NCBI GenBank assembly: GCA_965216875.1
Contig: OZ244207.1
Coordinates: 2,976,001 to 3,040,000, forward strand
Length of the DNA: 64,000 nt
Direction of reading: 5' to 3'
Source: Rubripirellula sp.
GTDB taxonomy: Bacteria > Planctomycetota > Planctomycetia > Pirellulales > Pirellulaceae
Below are positions 38,714 through 48,696 of this stretch, in pieces. Made by a program: the position numbers and the translations under genes. The notes beneath the pieces are model-generated. The model saw only the letters and a program-made list of their open reading frames with translations, had not been told where the DNA came from and ran no database searches. How positions within the stretch are numbered: position 1 is the stretch's first letter; every line of letters begins with the position of its first letter.

Positions 38714-39828
38714 CGCAAAGACACCTTCCTCGAACCCACGTCCGATCGATAGCGATCATAAGCTGCACATGCTCCTTCGCTGGAAACCATCGGCGCACCC
38801 AACGGATGATCTGCGGTGCATTCGTTCCCAAAGAAAACGCATTCTGGCGGTTTGATTCTTCCGGACATCACGTCGGCACTACGGCACTTCGATTCTGATG
38901 GCGCAATGGGCAAGGGTGTGAGGTTTACGAATTTGCGCTGTGCATCATACGCTGCAAACTCGTCCCGCAAGCGGAACCCACCCGACTGAACCGTCCCGAT
39001 GCCGCGCCAATCCCGGTCGCAAACTTCAAACACGCGATCGACCATCAGCCGCGCTGCTCGGTTCCCACTTGATTCAACGCTTCGCCCGTAGCAGTTCTCA
39101 AGTTTCGCTTCGTTTTGCTCCAATTGTGTGGTCGCCGCGAGAATGCCCTTCAGCAAGTCAACCGGCTCGAACCCCGTCACAACTACAGGAACGCGATGCT
39201 CCTTGATGAATGGCGCGTAGTCACTTGTGCCGGTAATCGTGCACACGTGGCCGGCGGCCAGAAAAGCATCGATTCGACAATCGGGTTCGGACATCAATGC
39301 CCGCATCGCGGGAACAACGCGAACATGTGAGACAAGCAGCGAAAAGTTGGTTAGCTCCAATCTTGCCGCTTGCAACACCGCAAGCGCCGTGGCGGGCGCC
39401 GTGGTTTCGAATCCAACCGCGAAGAAGACCACTTGCTGGTTGGGATCTGCCGCAGCCAAGTCCACTGCATCGATGGGCGAATACACCGTTGTGACCTTGC
39501 CCCCTTTCGCACGCACGTTCATCAGCGAGTCGCATGAACCGGGCACGCGCAACATGTCGCCAAAGCTAGTGAGCGTAACCCCCGGCGATTGGGCGAGCGT
39601 TTGCGAAAGATCGATTGCTTGCGTCGAGGTTACGCAAACGGGACACCCGGGACCATGAATCAACTCGATCTTCTCGATAAGCGCATCTTCGATTCCATTG
39701 CGCAAAAGGCTGTGAGTTTGCCCTCCACAGACATCCATCAAAACCCAGCGACGCGACGCTGTGCGTTTGATTTTGCCGATCAATCGCTGACACAACTTGG
39801 CATCTCGATACTCATCCACAAACTTCAT
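38710..39828 (-). CDS. hypD: Hydrogenase maturation protein HypD
   Basis: VCGGQT, GPGCPVCV, GFETT, MVSSEGAC. Confidence 0.97.
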   Translation of the reverse strand: MKFVDEYRDAKLCQRLIGKIKRTASRRWVLMDVCGGQTHSLLRNGIEDALIEKIELIHGPGCPVCVTSTQAIDLSQTLAQSPGVTLTSFGDMLRVPGSCDSLMNVRAKGGKVTTVYSPIDAVDLAAADPNQQVVFFAVGFETTAPATALAVLQAARLELTNFSLLVSHVRVVPAMRALMSEPDCRIDAFLAAGHVCTITGTSDYAPFIKEHRVPVVVTGFEPVDLLKGILAATTQLEQNEAKLENCYGRSVESSGNRAARLMVDRVFEVCDRDWRGIGTVQSGGFRLRDEFAAYDAQRKFVNLTPLPIAPSESKCRSADVMSGRIKPPECVFFGNECTADHPLGAPMVSSEGACAAYDRYRSDVGSRKVSLR

Positions 39829-40103
39829 GAAACGCCTCGATTCGTTGGCGTTTCCGGTCCACCGGTCTCTTCGTCAAGAAGCTCGAGACGACGCAGTTCA
39901 TCAAAAACTCTTTCAGCCTCTTCGGCATCCACTTTGGTGATCGCGATGCCTGCGTGCACGATCACGTACTCACCAACTTCGACATCAACAACGCACGCCA
40001 TATGACATCGCCGGGTCAGCCCGTCGAACTGCACCTCCGCCTGCGCAAACGTTGGATCTCGATCGATCCAGCGAACAACCTTTCCGGGCACACCTAGGCA
40101 CAC
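39825..40103 (-). CDS. hypC: Hydrogenase chaperone HypC
   Basis: MCLGVPG...VIVHAG. Confidence 0.95.
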   Translation of the reverse strand: MCLGVPGKVVRWIDRDPTFAQAEVQFDGLTRRCHMACVVDVEVGEYVIVHAGIAITKVDAEEAERVFDELRRLELLDEETGGPETPTNRGVS

Positions 40104-42367
40104 GTCGTATTCCTCGTAGCGATTGCTGCCGCAACTAATTGGCCCATTGCGAGCCCGCCATCGTTGACGGGAACCAAACCGGGCAAGATCACACGACTGG
40201 GGTAATCACGAAAACTCTCCGCAACGGCCTCGACCAACACTCGATTCTGAAAAACGCCCCCCGAAAAGACGACAGGCAATTCACGGTATCGTTCGGCCAC
40301 GCATCGAAAAGCCTCTGCGAGTCCGAGATGAAAACGCGACGAAATCACGCCCGGGGCGACACCCGATTCGACATCACACGCGAACTCATCAAGCATCGGC
40401 ACCCAGTCAATTTCCACCAGATCATTGCGATCCCGAAGGGGAAAAGCATAGCCTCCGTGCTTACTCGGTTCGCAAACCGATTCAAACTGCATCGCCGCTT
40501 CACCTTCAAAACTCGACGTCGAAACACCAAGCAAGAGTGCCGAGACACCATCGAACAAACGTCCCAAGCTTGTCGTTCGAATCCCAACCGATTTCTCTTG
40601 TAGCCTCCAAACCGCTTTGCAATCGATGTGCTGTGGAACGAGCCCGAGCGCTCGCTCGATGAGTTGCTTGTTCCCGGTGACGCAGGCAATCGCAACGGCG
40701 CTTCGCCAGGGCTCCATTGCAGCCCGATCACCACCCATCACGTGGAACGGCCGAATGGAACCGAGCCGCTGCATCTGGTCCCCTTCGACACGTAAGATCT
40801 CGCCACCCCAGACCGTTCCGTCGTCTCCTAAGCCGGTTCCATCCATTGAAAAGCCAACGAGCTCGGAGGTTTCAAGGCCATGTTCGACCGAAGAGGCCAA
40901 GACGTGCGCATGATGGTGTTGAACGCCGTGCGGATCGACCTGTTTCTTCCTCGCAAATCCGGATGTGAAGTAGTCGGGATGAGTATCGTGTGAAATCGTC
41001 TTTGGGTCACGATCGAATAGCCGCGTCAGCGACTTCCATTGATCTTCGTAGCGGTCGCACGTGTCGACCGTTCCGACATCACCCACATGAGGCCCCAGAA
41101 CAAACTGACGCTCCCCAGCAAAAGCCATGGAAGCCTTTTGCTGGCCGCCCACCGCAGCGACCGAATGATCTGCAACTTGCTCGCTGCGTCGAATCACGAT
41201 CGGAGCAATGCCCCGTCCTGCCCGAAACGTCGCCACCTTCTCCGCCATGCATCTCACAACGCTGTCATCGATCGGGCGGACGATTTCTCGGTCATGATGC
41301 AAGAAAAAGTCGACGCGACCAGCGAAGCGATCGCGAACCGCCCCCGGTTCAAATTCAATTGGAGCGCCAGACACATTCGCGCTGGTCACCACAAGCGGTC
41401 GCTGCAAGAACCACAGCAAAATCGCGTGCAGCGGAGTCGTCGGAAGCATCAATCCAAGATCGGCGACCCCAGGTGCGACGTTATCGGCGATCACTCCACC
41501 TTCGCTGCCGTTCTTTCGCATAAGCACGATTGGGCCGGCGGCGCTCGCAAGCGTCTCTAACTCAAGCTCCGATGCTTGAACCAATGACACCGCAGCTTCG
41601 ACCGACTGAACCATCACGGCCATCGGTTTTTTGGGCCGACACTTTAGCCCACGCAAACGTGCAACCGCTTCGTGGGCCGATGCATCGCACACAAGCTGGT
41701 ACCCGCCCACGCCTTTGATCGCAACGATGCCATGGCCGCGAATCGCTGAGACGGCCGCCTCAATCGGCTCGTCGCTTCCGCTACTGCACGTTGACAAACG
41801 CGGGCCACAGATCGGGCAACAGTTGGTTTGCGAGTGGAAGCGACGATCGGCCGGGTCGGTGTACTCTCGCTGGCAAGCTTCGCACATTTTGAAAGTCGCC
41901 ATACTTGTCCGCGCCCTGTCGTAGGGCATCCCGCGGATGATGGAATAGCGAGGGCCACATTCAGCGCAGCTGGTGAATGGATACAGGAACCTACGATTCG
42001 ACGGGTCAAACGTTTCGTTCATGCAGGCCGAACACGTCACGCGGTCCAGCGGTACGGAAACATCCTTACCAACTTCGTTGCTCTCGACAATCTCGAAACA
42101 GGCCGCTTGTTTCGCATTTGTTGACGATTGATGAACAGATATCTCGACCGTGGGACCGACAAACCGTTTGGCAAGTCTTTGCACGAAGACATCGACCGCA
42201 CCGGCACTTCCAGAGACCTCGACTTCAACGCCAGAAAGTGTGTTGCGCACAAATCCATCGAGACTCAGTTCACGCGCCAGCACTGCAATCTTTGGGCGCA
42301 CGCCGGTCCCTTGAACCGTCCCATCGAGGACCAAACGCCGAGCGATCTGGTTGAAAGCCATCGTCAT
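40094..42367 (-). CDS. hypF: Carbamoyltransferase HypF
   Basis: Acylphosphatase-like N-terminus, two Zn fingers, KGVGGY, QHHHAH, DGTG, NDGG. Confidence 0.96.
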   Translation of the reverse strand: MTMAFNQIARRLVLDGTVQGTGVRPKIAVLARELSLDGFVRNTLSGVEVEVSGSAGAVDVFVQRLAKRFVGPTVEISVHQSSTNAKQAACFEIVESNEVGKDVSVPLDRVTCSACMNETFDPSNRRFLYPFTSCAECGPRYSIIRGMPYDRARTSMATFKMCEACQREYTDPADRRFHSQTNCCPICGPRLSTCSSGSDEPIEAAVSAIRGHGIVAIKGVGGYQLVCDASAHEAVARLRGLKCRPKKPMAVMVQSVEAAVSLVQASELELETLASAAGPIVLMRKNGSEGGVIADNVAPGVADLGLMLPTTPLHAILLWFLQRPLVVTSANVSGAPIEFEPGAVRDRFAGRVDFFLHHDREIVRPIDDSVVRCMAEKVATFRAGRGIAPIVIRRSEQVADHSVAAVGGQQKASMAFAGERQFVLGPHVGDVGTVDTCDRYEDQWKSLTRLFDRDPKTISHDTHPDYFTSGFARKKQVDPHGVQHHHAHVLASSVEHGLETSELVGFSMDGTGLGDDGTVWGGEILRVEGDQMQRLGSIRPFHVMGGDRAAMEPWRSAVAIACVTGNKQLIERALGLVPQHIDCKAVWRLQEKSVGIRTTSLGRLFDGVSALLLGVSTSSFEGEAAMQFESVCEPSKHGGYAFPLRDRNDLVEIDWVPMLDEFACDVESGVAPGVISSRFHLGLAEAFRCVAERYRELPVVFSGGVFQNRVLVEAVAESFRDYPSRVILPGLVPVNDGGLAMGQLVAAAIATRNTTCA

Positions 42368-43041
42368 GGGGAGCGAGACAACATTTGATCTCGTTTTTCA
42401 AGTAGCCAATCACACCACTGCTTGATTCCTTCATCCCGCAGTGCCGAGCTTTGCAGGACGTCGAGCTCGCCACGAATGTCTCGGGCATCTTCCCAAACTC
42501 GATCGACCGAAAAGGGAAGATGTGGCAAGAGGTCCGTCTTCGTCACCATCATCAAGTCGCTTGTGCGGAACATTTTGGGATACTTGCCCGGTTTGTCATC
42601 ACCCTCCGTCGTGCTTATCAAAACCACACGCTGATGCTCGCCCAAATCATGAGACGCCGGGCATACCAAGTTGCCAACATTCTCGATGAATAGAAACTCG
42701 TACTCCAAATCGGGCAGGCGCCCGAGTCCGCGCTGGACCAACTCCAGTTCGAGGTGACAGGCGCCACCCGTCGTTAATTGCCTCACGGGCACATAGGGTT
42801 CCAACCGCTGGGCATCGCGGTCGGTGGCGAGATCGCCAACCAAAACTGCCATGCGATGCTCGCCTGCCCAATACCTTGCCGTCGCTTCAAGCAATGCCGT
42901 TTTGCCTGCCCCCGGTGACGAGACAAGATTGACCACCAAGGTTCCAGCCTGGGTCCAGCGTTCTCTTTGGGCGTCAGCGGCTCTCTTTCGCTCTTCTTGA
43001 AGGTCGCGATTGACCGAAATCGTTTTCGTCGAAACGTTCAT
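42364..43041 (-). CDS. hypB: Ni-insertion GTPase HypB
   Basis: SSPGAGKT, CH motif, ENVGNLVCP, TKTD. Confidence 0.96.
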   Translation of the reverse strand: MNVSTKTISVNRDLQEERKRAADAQRERWTQAGTLVVNLVSSPGAGKTALLEATARYWAGEHRMAVLVGDLATDRDAQRLEPYVPVRQLTTGGACHLELELVQRGLGRLPDLEYEFLFIENVGNLVCPASHDLGEHQRVVLISTTEGDDKPGKYPKMFRTSDLMMVTKTDLLPHLPFSVDRVWEDARDIRGELDVLQSSALRDEGIKQWCDWLLEKRDQMLSRSP

Positions 43042-43418
43042 TGGCTCACACTACCCGCACTCACTTCTTCCAAACCGATCTCTAACAACATAACCGCGTC
43101 ACCCGACTCGACGCGAACGTGACGTGAATCACAACTTGGACATAGGAACTTGAACGACTCGACGGCAAAGTCGTGCTGGCAATCGCTGCAAACGGCTCTC
43201 AGCTCGGATTCGACGATCTCCAGCATTGCTCCCTCAAGTCCGTAGCGTCCGGCAAGTTGAGCAAACGCGATTTGCATCAACGTCGGCTCGACACCCGATA
43301 GAGGTCCAACCGAGATCGAAATGGATGAAACTTGGGTTGAGGGATCGTCGTTCGATTCCTCACCAGCTATCTCCGTGACCTGCCGCAGCAACGATCGCAC
43401 AATCGAAAATTCATGCAT
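43038..43418 (-). CDS. hypA: Ni chaperone HypA
   Basis: MHE N-terminus, CSDC and CPSC. Confidence 0.93.
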   Translation of the reverse strand: MHEFSIVRSLLRQVTEIAGEESNDDPSTQVSSISISVGPLSGVEPTLMQIAFAQLAGRYGLEGAMLEIVESELRAVCSDCQHDFAVESFKFLCPSCDSRHVRVESGDAVMLLEIGLEEVSAGSVSQ

Positions 43419-43920
43419 GCGAAAGCTCTCCGGCGATTCGATCAGCACACCGAGTGACAAGTGATTTTGCGGTCTCGTTCACATCCAATCGATTGATTCG
43501 AGCTGGCAGCGCCCAAAGCGTGACCTGATCTGGCAGACGCCCGAGCTGATTCGCGAGCGTCAAGACGGACACAAGATCGAGCTGATGCGACGATGTCGAA
43601 CAAAGCTCACTTGTGATTGCGATAGGGCTCCCGTCTTCGGCCACAAGAAAAGAAGCTTCCGTTCCGATCAAGCCCCAATCGACTCGAAAACACAAAATGT
43701 CAGCTTCTTCTTCGCCTTCGCATTGATACGCATCAACGACATGAAGCGGATGCTCAGCACTCACAACGTCCATCAAACAGTGTGGAACCTTCAACTGATG
43801 CGTCGTTACATTCATGCCATCGCGCGCACCAAGTTCCTCGGCGACCCTCCATCCCAGTTGGTCATCGCCAAAGGGGCTGCCAACGCCAACGACCAGCGGT
43901 TGTTTCTCGTCCCCACTCAT
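43411..43920 (-). CDS. Hydrogenase maturation endopeptidase
   Basis: VGVGSPFGDD, VVDA, SSH; follows the large subunit. Confidence 0.85.
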   Translation of the reverse strand: MSGDEKQPLVVGVGSPFGDDQLGWRVAEELGARDGMNVTTHQLKVPHCLMDVVSAEHPLHVVDAYQCEGEEEADILCFRVDWGLIGTEASFLVAEDGSPIAITSELCSTSSHQLDLVSVLTLANQLGRLPDQVTLWALPARINRLDVNETAKSLVTRCADRIAGELSHA

Positions 43921-45218
43921 TTCCTGGTCACGTTCAGTTTCAAGAAGTGTGTCGAGCAACTAATGCATGGATCAAAACTTCGAATCAGCTTCTCACACTC
44001 TTTCGCCGCATCCTCGTCGGAACGGTTGAGCAAATCGGGCAGCAACATGCGCAAGTCCGATTCGATTTGCCCTTGGTTTTGCGCCGTCGGCGGGACAATT
44101 CTCGCAAACTCGACCAAACCGTCTTTGTCGACCCGGTAACGGTTATAGATCAATCCGCGCGGTGCTTCGGTCGCCGACACGCCTTGTCCCGCAACGGGTT
44201 CGTAAGCAGCACGTGATGGCGACGGAGGCTCGTAGGTGCTGATGATCTCGATCGCTTCTTCGTAGGCATGAACAACTTCAATCGCCCGCGCAACGATCGA
44301 TTGATAGGGGTTGAAGCAAGGCCACTCGATTGGCACTTCTTCTGCGATCCGGCGAGCAATGGGGAACAAATTCCTTCGATTGAGGTTCATTCGGGCCAAT
44401 GGACCAACTGCGTAGGGCAATTGATCCGGCGCCCGCACACTCTGCAGCGCCGTACTGTGCGGCACTTGTGTCTCCGTGAAATGCTGCTCGTAGTCGGTCA
44501 CATCAATCTTCAATCCACGCGTCGATTCGATGCGTCCCTCGTTCATGGGATACTCGTCATCATGGACAAGAGCAACCATTTCACACGGGCTCAGGAAATC
44601 AGGAAATTCCAACTCACCAGTCCATTGGGCGACTTCTACCGACGCGTCGAGTCCCCAGCGGTATTCGTCTAGCAATGTTTGCAAATCGGACTTGCCGGGT
44701 GAACGATAGAATCCACCCACAGCGACATTCACTGGATTCACAGCACGTCCACCGAGCACTTCAAGGAGTTCATTCCCGAGCTTCTTCAGTTTCAGACCTC
44801 GATTGACTTCGTCCGGCAGGATCTTCGCCAATTCGATGCTGCTGTCGCATTGAAAAAAGTCCGGGAGATGCAACAGGTGCATGTGCACGCCGTGACTCTC
44901 GATCCATTCGGCGCAATAGAGCAGCCTACGAAGCCTTCTTACCTCGGGGCTGATTTCAATTCCGAGTGCTGACTCGAGCGAGTGAACCGAAGTCATTTGA
45001 TACGCGACCGGGCAAATCCCGCAAATCCGCGCGGTGATGTCGGGGGCCTCCTCTAGCCGGCGGCCTCTCAGCATCGCTTCAAAAAAACGTGGTGGCTCGT
45101 AGATCGCCAACTCGACGGCCGTCACCCGGTCACCCTCGACCGTCACGTTCAATGCGCCTTCACCTTCCACACGAGTAAGTGCGCCGACGCTGATCTTGCG
45201 GGCCCCGGACTTCGTCAC
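43917..45218 (-). CDS. Group 3b [NiFe]-hydrogenase large (alpha) subunit
   Basis: TRVEGEG, L1 RICGICPVAY, EAPRG, L2 DPCISCSTH plus a cleavable tail. Confidence 0.95.
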   Translation of the reverse strand: MTKSGARKISVGALTRVEGEGALNVTVEGDRVTAVELAIYEPPRFFEAMLRGRRLEEAPDITARICGICPVAYQMTSVHSLESALGIEISPEVRRLRRLLYCAEWIESHGVHMHLLHLPDFFQCDSSIELAKILPDEVNRGLKLKKLGNELLEVLGGRAVNPVNVAVGGFYRSPGKSDLQTLLDEYRWGLDASVEVAQWTGELEFPDFLSPCEMVALVHDDEYPMNEGRIESTRGLKIDVTDYEQHFTETQVPHSTALQSVRAPDQLPYAVGPLARMNLNRRNLFPIARRIAEEVPIEWPCFNPYQSIVARAIEVVHAYEEAIEIISTYEPPSPSRAAYEPVAGQGVSATEAPRGLIYNRYRVDKDGLVEFARIVPPTAQNQGQIESDLRMLLPDLLNRSDEDAAKECEKLIRSFDPCISCSTHFLKLNVTRK

Positions 45219-46030
45219 GATACGATTCCCTGGTCAGTGTGTGGATCGATTCGGTCGCCGCAATCGCGAAACGCGGGCGCACTTGAACTGACGTTGCGCA
45301 GAAGCTGTACCAACTCTCCTGTCGGAACGCCCGATTCAAGATGGTGGTCTGCCAAGGCATCGCAATTCGCCTGCGTGACCGGCCCAAAGCACCCATAACA
45401 GCCGCGATGAAACTTTGGACAGAGCGCGCCACATCCAGATTGAGTGATTGGACCTAGACAGGGAATTGAGCCTGCAACCGAGACGCAAACCAATCCGGAG
45501 CGTTTGCAATCGAGACAAACGCTGTGCCGCGGCGTCTTGGGACGTCGTCCCCGTACAAGTGAAAGGAGGACTTCGAGCAATTGATGTTTATCAACTGGAC
45601 AACCACGCAACTCGAAATCAACGGTCACATGATCGGCGATCGCGGTCGACGTCGAAAGCGTCGAGATGTAGGCCGGCGTGGCGTAGACATGACGCACGAA
45701 CTCGCTGTGATCCGCCCAGTTTTTTAACGATTGAATGCCGCCCGATGTTGCACAGGCTCCAATCGACACCAAAACCATTGCCTGTTTACGTATCTCGACG
45801 ATTCGCTTGCGGTCTTCCGGCGTCGTGATCGAACCTTCGACCAGCACGATGTCATAGGGTCCATTTTCAATCCGGCTCGTTGCCTCAAGGAAGTGAACGA
45901 TCTCGACCATCTCGGCCAAAGGCAAAAGTTCGTCCTCACACGAAAGCAACTGAAGCTGACATCCGTCACAGGATGCAAATTTGAAGACGGCCAGCTTTGG
46001 GCGCGACTCGCTTTCAGCCGGTTTGTGCAT
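45215..46030 (-). CDS. Group 3b hydrogenase small (delta) subunit
   Basis: SCDGCQ, GACATSGG, GCP, CLGP, GCYGCFGP. Confidence 0.93.
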   Translation of the reverse strand: MHKPAESESRPKLAVFKFASCDGCQLQLLSCEDELLPLAEMVEIVHFLEATSRIENGPYDIVLVEGSITTPEDRKRIVEIRKQAMVLVSIGACATSGGIQSLKNWADHSEFVRHVYATPAYISTLSTSTAIADHVTVDFELRGCPVDKHQLLEVLLSLVRGRRPKTPRHSVCLDCKRSGLVCVSVAGSIPCLGPITQSGCGALCPKFHRGCYGCFGPVTQANCDALADHHLESGVPTGELVQLLRNVSSSAPAFRDCGDRIDPHTDQGIVS

Positions 46031-46032
46031 CG

Positions 46033-46899
46033 TCAGACTCCTTGGACATGCAGCCAATGAGCAACTCGGTCATACCGTAACACGGGGCCGTCCTTGCACA
46101 AGAATTCCGGGCCAAGTTGGCAGTGCCCACAGTGCCCAATCGCACAATTCATATTCCGTTCGAGTGAAACCCAAACGTTTTCCTTCTTGATGCCACGTTG
46201 AATCGCCGCCTCCGCAACATACCGCATCATGACCTCCGGCCCGCAGGTCAAAACAACTGCCCGCTCCGGCGACTGAAGGGGAAGCCGCTCGAGCAAGAGC
46301 GTCACCACACCGACGTTACCCTTCCAATCTTCATCGGGGCGATCAACCGTTGTTTGAACGGTAAGCCCGGTCGATCGCCAGCGGTCATATTCGCGCGAAT
46401 ACAAAAGATCACATGGCTGCCTTGCACCGACCAATACCGCGATGCGGTCGCCATCAATCAAACCAGCGGACAACTCATGGACCATTGCCCGAAGGGGCGC
46501 AAGACCGATGCCTCCGGCAACAATCACAACCTCAATCGGTTCGGCGCGACTGCGTTTGAGTGGGCTCGTAGGCCAAGCGGTGCCGAAGGGGCCACGCAAT
46601 CCGAATACATTGCCGGGCGCAACATCGATCGCGTTGGTAACCGAACCGACCGCACGAATCGTATGCCTCAACCCGGTCGGACTCGCGCCGGCGATCGAGA
46701 TCGCGGCTTCGCCGATTCCCGGCACGTACAGCATGTTGAATTGCCCGGGCAACCACGCGTACTGATCGTGAACCGCAGCATCGGCAAATCGGAACTCGAA
46801 CGTTTTCACACCCGGCGTCTCGTCGATCACATGCATCAACTCAACCTGCAGGGTTTCCCAGGGGTCGGTCGTTGGTCTTGGCATCGTTGACAACGTCAT
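46033..46899 (-). CDS. Group 3b hydrogenase gamma subunit (FAD/NAD(P), 2Fe-2S)
   Basis: PGQF, RGPFG, AGGIGLAPL, CGPEVMM, CAIGHCGHC...CKDGP. Confidence 0.93.
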   Translation of the reverse strand: MTLSTMPRPTTDPWETLQVELMHVIDETPGVKTFEFRFADAAVHDQYAWLPGQFNMLYVPGIGEAAISIAGASPTGLRHTIRAVGSVTNAIDVAPGNVFGLRGPFGTAWPTSPLKRSRAEPIEVVIVAGGIGLAPLRAMVHELSAGLIDGDRIAVLVGARQPCDLLYSREYDRWRSTGLTVQTTVDRPDEDWKGNVGVVTLLLERLPLQSPERAVVLTCGPEVMMRYVAEAAIQRGIKKENVWVSLERNMNCAIGHCGHCQLGPEFLCKDGPVLRYDRVAHWLHVQGV

Positions 46900-48134
46900 G
46901 ACTCTTCCTTCACCACCGCGCAAGCCGATCCAGTCGCCGGTTGAACAACGGGCAGCGACCGGCGCCGAACCGGTTGGCTGCAAACTGCGGCGATCTCCTT
47001 TCTAACGTCAATCCCGACCGGACACCAAGTGATGCATCGACCGCATCCGACGCATCCCGAGGAGTCGAACTGGTCGTGCCAGGTAGCAAACTTGTGCGTC
47101 AACCATTGGCGATAGCGACTTCGCACATCCGCCCTGACAACGCCGTCAGCCGTGTAGGTGAAGTCGAGGTGAAAACAAGAGTCCCACTGCCGAACCCTTG
47201 CGACCTTTTCCTCGAGTAGGTCCGAATGGTCCGTCACGGTCGAACAAAAACAGGTCGGACATACCATCGTACAGTTGGTGCACGACAAACAGCGACTTGC
47301 AACATCGTCCCAATGAGGATGATCGGGTTGAGACAAAAGTTCGTCACGCAATCCATCCGTTTCGAAGTCTCGCGTCATGCTGGCCGCCGTCTCGGCGCTA
47401 ACCTGGGCAGCCAACTCGATTTCTCCGGCAGTAGCCGGACGCCTATTGACCTCACCGAGCACGCTCGCCCCTTTTCCACTACCAGTCTCAACCACAAACC
47501 CTTCATCCAACTCGCTCAAACAAAGGTCAAAATTGGCCTCACACTTTGGCCCCGTCCCCATCGTCGTGCAGAAGCAGGTGTCGGCGGCGGTCGAACAGTT
47601 CACGGCAATCAGAAAAAGTCGTTCACGCCGAGCCCGGTAGAACCGGTCAACATAGGGTCCACCAAGAAACACTTTGTCTTGGATTGCGATCGCTGCCAAC
47701 TCACACGATCGCACTCCTAGGAACGCAAACTGGTCGGTGGGCGGAGCGGGCGTTTTGAACTCCCAGCTTGTATCCGAATCGGTTTGATTGCTCGTTGCCG
47801 ACATCATCTCAAGCTCGGCAGGGAAAAGGTACTTCTTCCAGGAATGGGGTCCCACGTTGAAATGAAACCAACGCCCAGACGCGTCTTCGTTGAGCTCATA
47901 GTGACCGGCCCCCTGCGTGTCGGACATTCCGTAGGGCAGGGCAGAGGTCGACTCAATTTCGTCGTAAACGATTGCGTTTTGATCGATGGTTGGCGCAACG
48001 ACGCGAAAACCTTCTGCCTTCAAGACATCGATCAACGCCTGCAGCTGATCCTTGCCGATGAACTGCGGCCCGGACAACACCGTGTCTTTTTCTACTTCCG
48101 GCTTCGCTGAACGTTCCGACATCCTTTCCGACAT
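46896..48134 (-). CDS. Group 3b hydrogenase beta subunit (4Fe-4S dicluster)
   Basis: CLSCTNCTMVCPTCFC, WDSC, CVGCGRCITWCP. Confidence 0.93.
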   Translation of the reverse strand: MSERMSERSAKPEVEKDTVLSGPQFIGKDQLQALIDVLKAEGFRVVAPTIDQNAIVYDEIESTSALPYGMSDTQGAGHYELNEDASGRWFHFNVGPHSWKKYLFPAELEMMSATSNQTDSDTSWEFKTPAPPTDQFAFLGVRSCELAAIAIQDKVFLGGPYVDRFYRARRERLFLIAVNCSTAADTCFCTTMGTGPKCEANFDLCLSELDEGFVVETGSGKGASVLGEVNRRPATAGEIELAAQVSAETAASMTRDFETDGLRDELLSQPDHPHWDDVASRCLSCTNCTMVCPTCFCSTVTDHSDLLEEKVARVRQWDSCFHLDFTYTADGVVRADVRSRYRQWLTHKFATWHDQFDSSGCVGCGRCITWCPVGIDVRKEIAAVCSQPVRRRSLPVVQPATGSACAVVKEES

Positions 48135-48601
48135 CACTGATCCTCGAAGTGATACAGGTCCAGCAACTGTAGACGCGTCGCCAACAATCGACTCGAAAGC
48201 GATTTGGCAACGAATTGCATGACTGCGTATCCGGTTTTCTCGTCCGCTTGACACAGTTTCCGCAGCGCTTCACCAGGGGCTTCGATCAGCGTTGCAGCGT
48301 CGATCACCTTCGCTGTCGCCGTCATCCGTCCGTCGCCCAGTAAGCCTGACCAGGCAAGCAACTGCCCTGGACCGACCGTCAAGATCTGCTGGCTCCCGCA
48401 CTTGGCCGTCACCATGTCAAGCGCGACCATTCCTTCACACACCAGGTAAAGCTGCTGGTGAATTTCGCCTTCGGCAAAGAGAATCGTTCCGCTCGGATAG
48501 CTGCTCAGCTTTGAGACATCGGCCAGCTTCGCAAGGACATCCTGATCACAGACCTGGATCTCGAGCTTGCGATACGCTTCGATTACCGCAGACGCACTCA
48601 C
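48134..48601 (-). CDS. Stand-alone cyclic nucleotide-binding domain protein
   Basis: GTILFAEGE, LYLVCEG, VGPGQLLAWSGL, TATA; no HTH; TGATG coupling to the beta subunit. Confidence 0.88.
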   Translation of the reverse strand: MSASAVIEAYRKLEIQVCDQDVLAKLADVSKLSSYPSGTILFAEGEIHQQLYLVCEGMVALDMVTAKCGSQQILTVGPGQLLAWSGLLGDGRMTATAKVIDAATLIEAPGEALRKLCQADEKTGYAVMQFVAKSLSSRLLATRLQLLDLYHFEDQ

Positions 48602-48696
48602 CGTTGTGATTCCTTGCTGCTAAACCGTCACGAAGCGGCGCGTTGAGACGAAGGTCAATCAACGCGCCATCGATACTGATTCGAGACCGAATCGCG

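Noticed and set aside
43917..43980. Selenocysteine ([NiFeSe]) hydrogenase
   Set aside because: The L2 motif is DPCISC with Cys codons; no in-frame TGA
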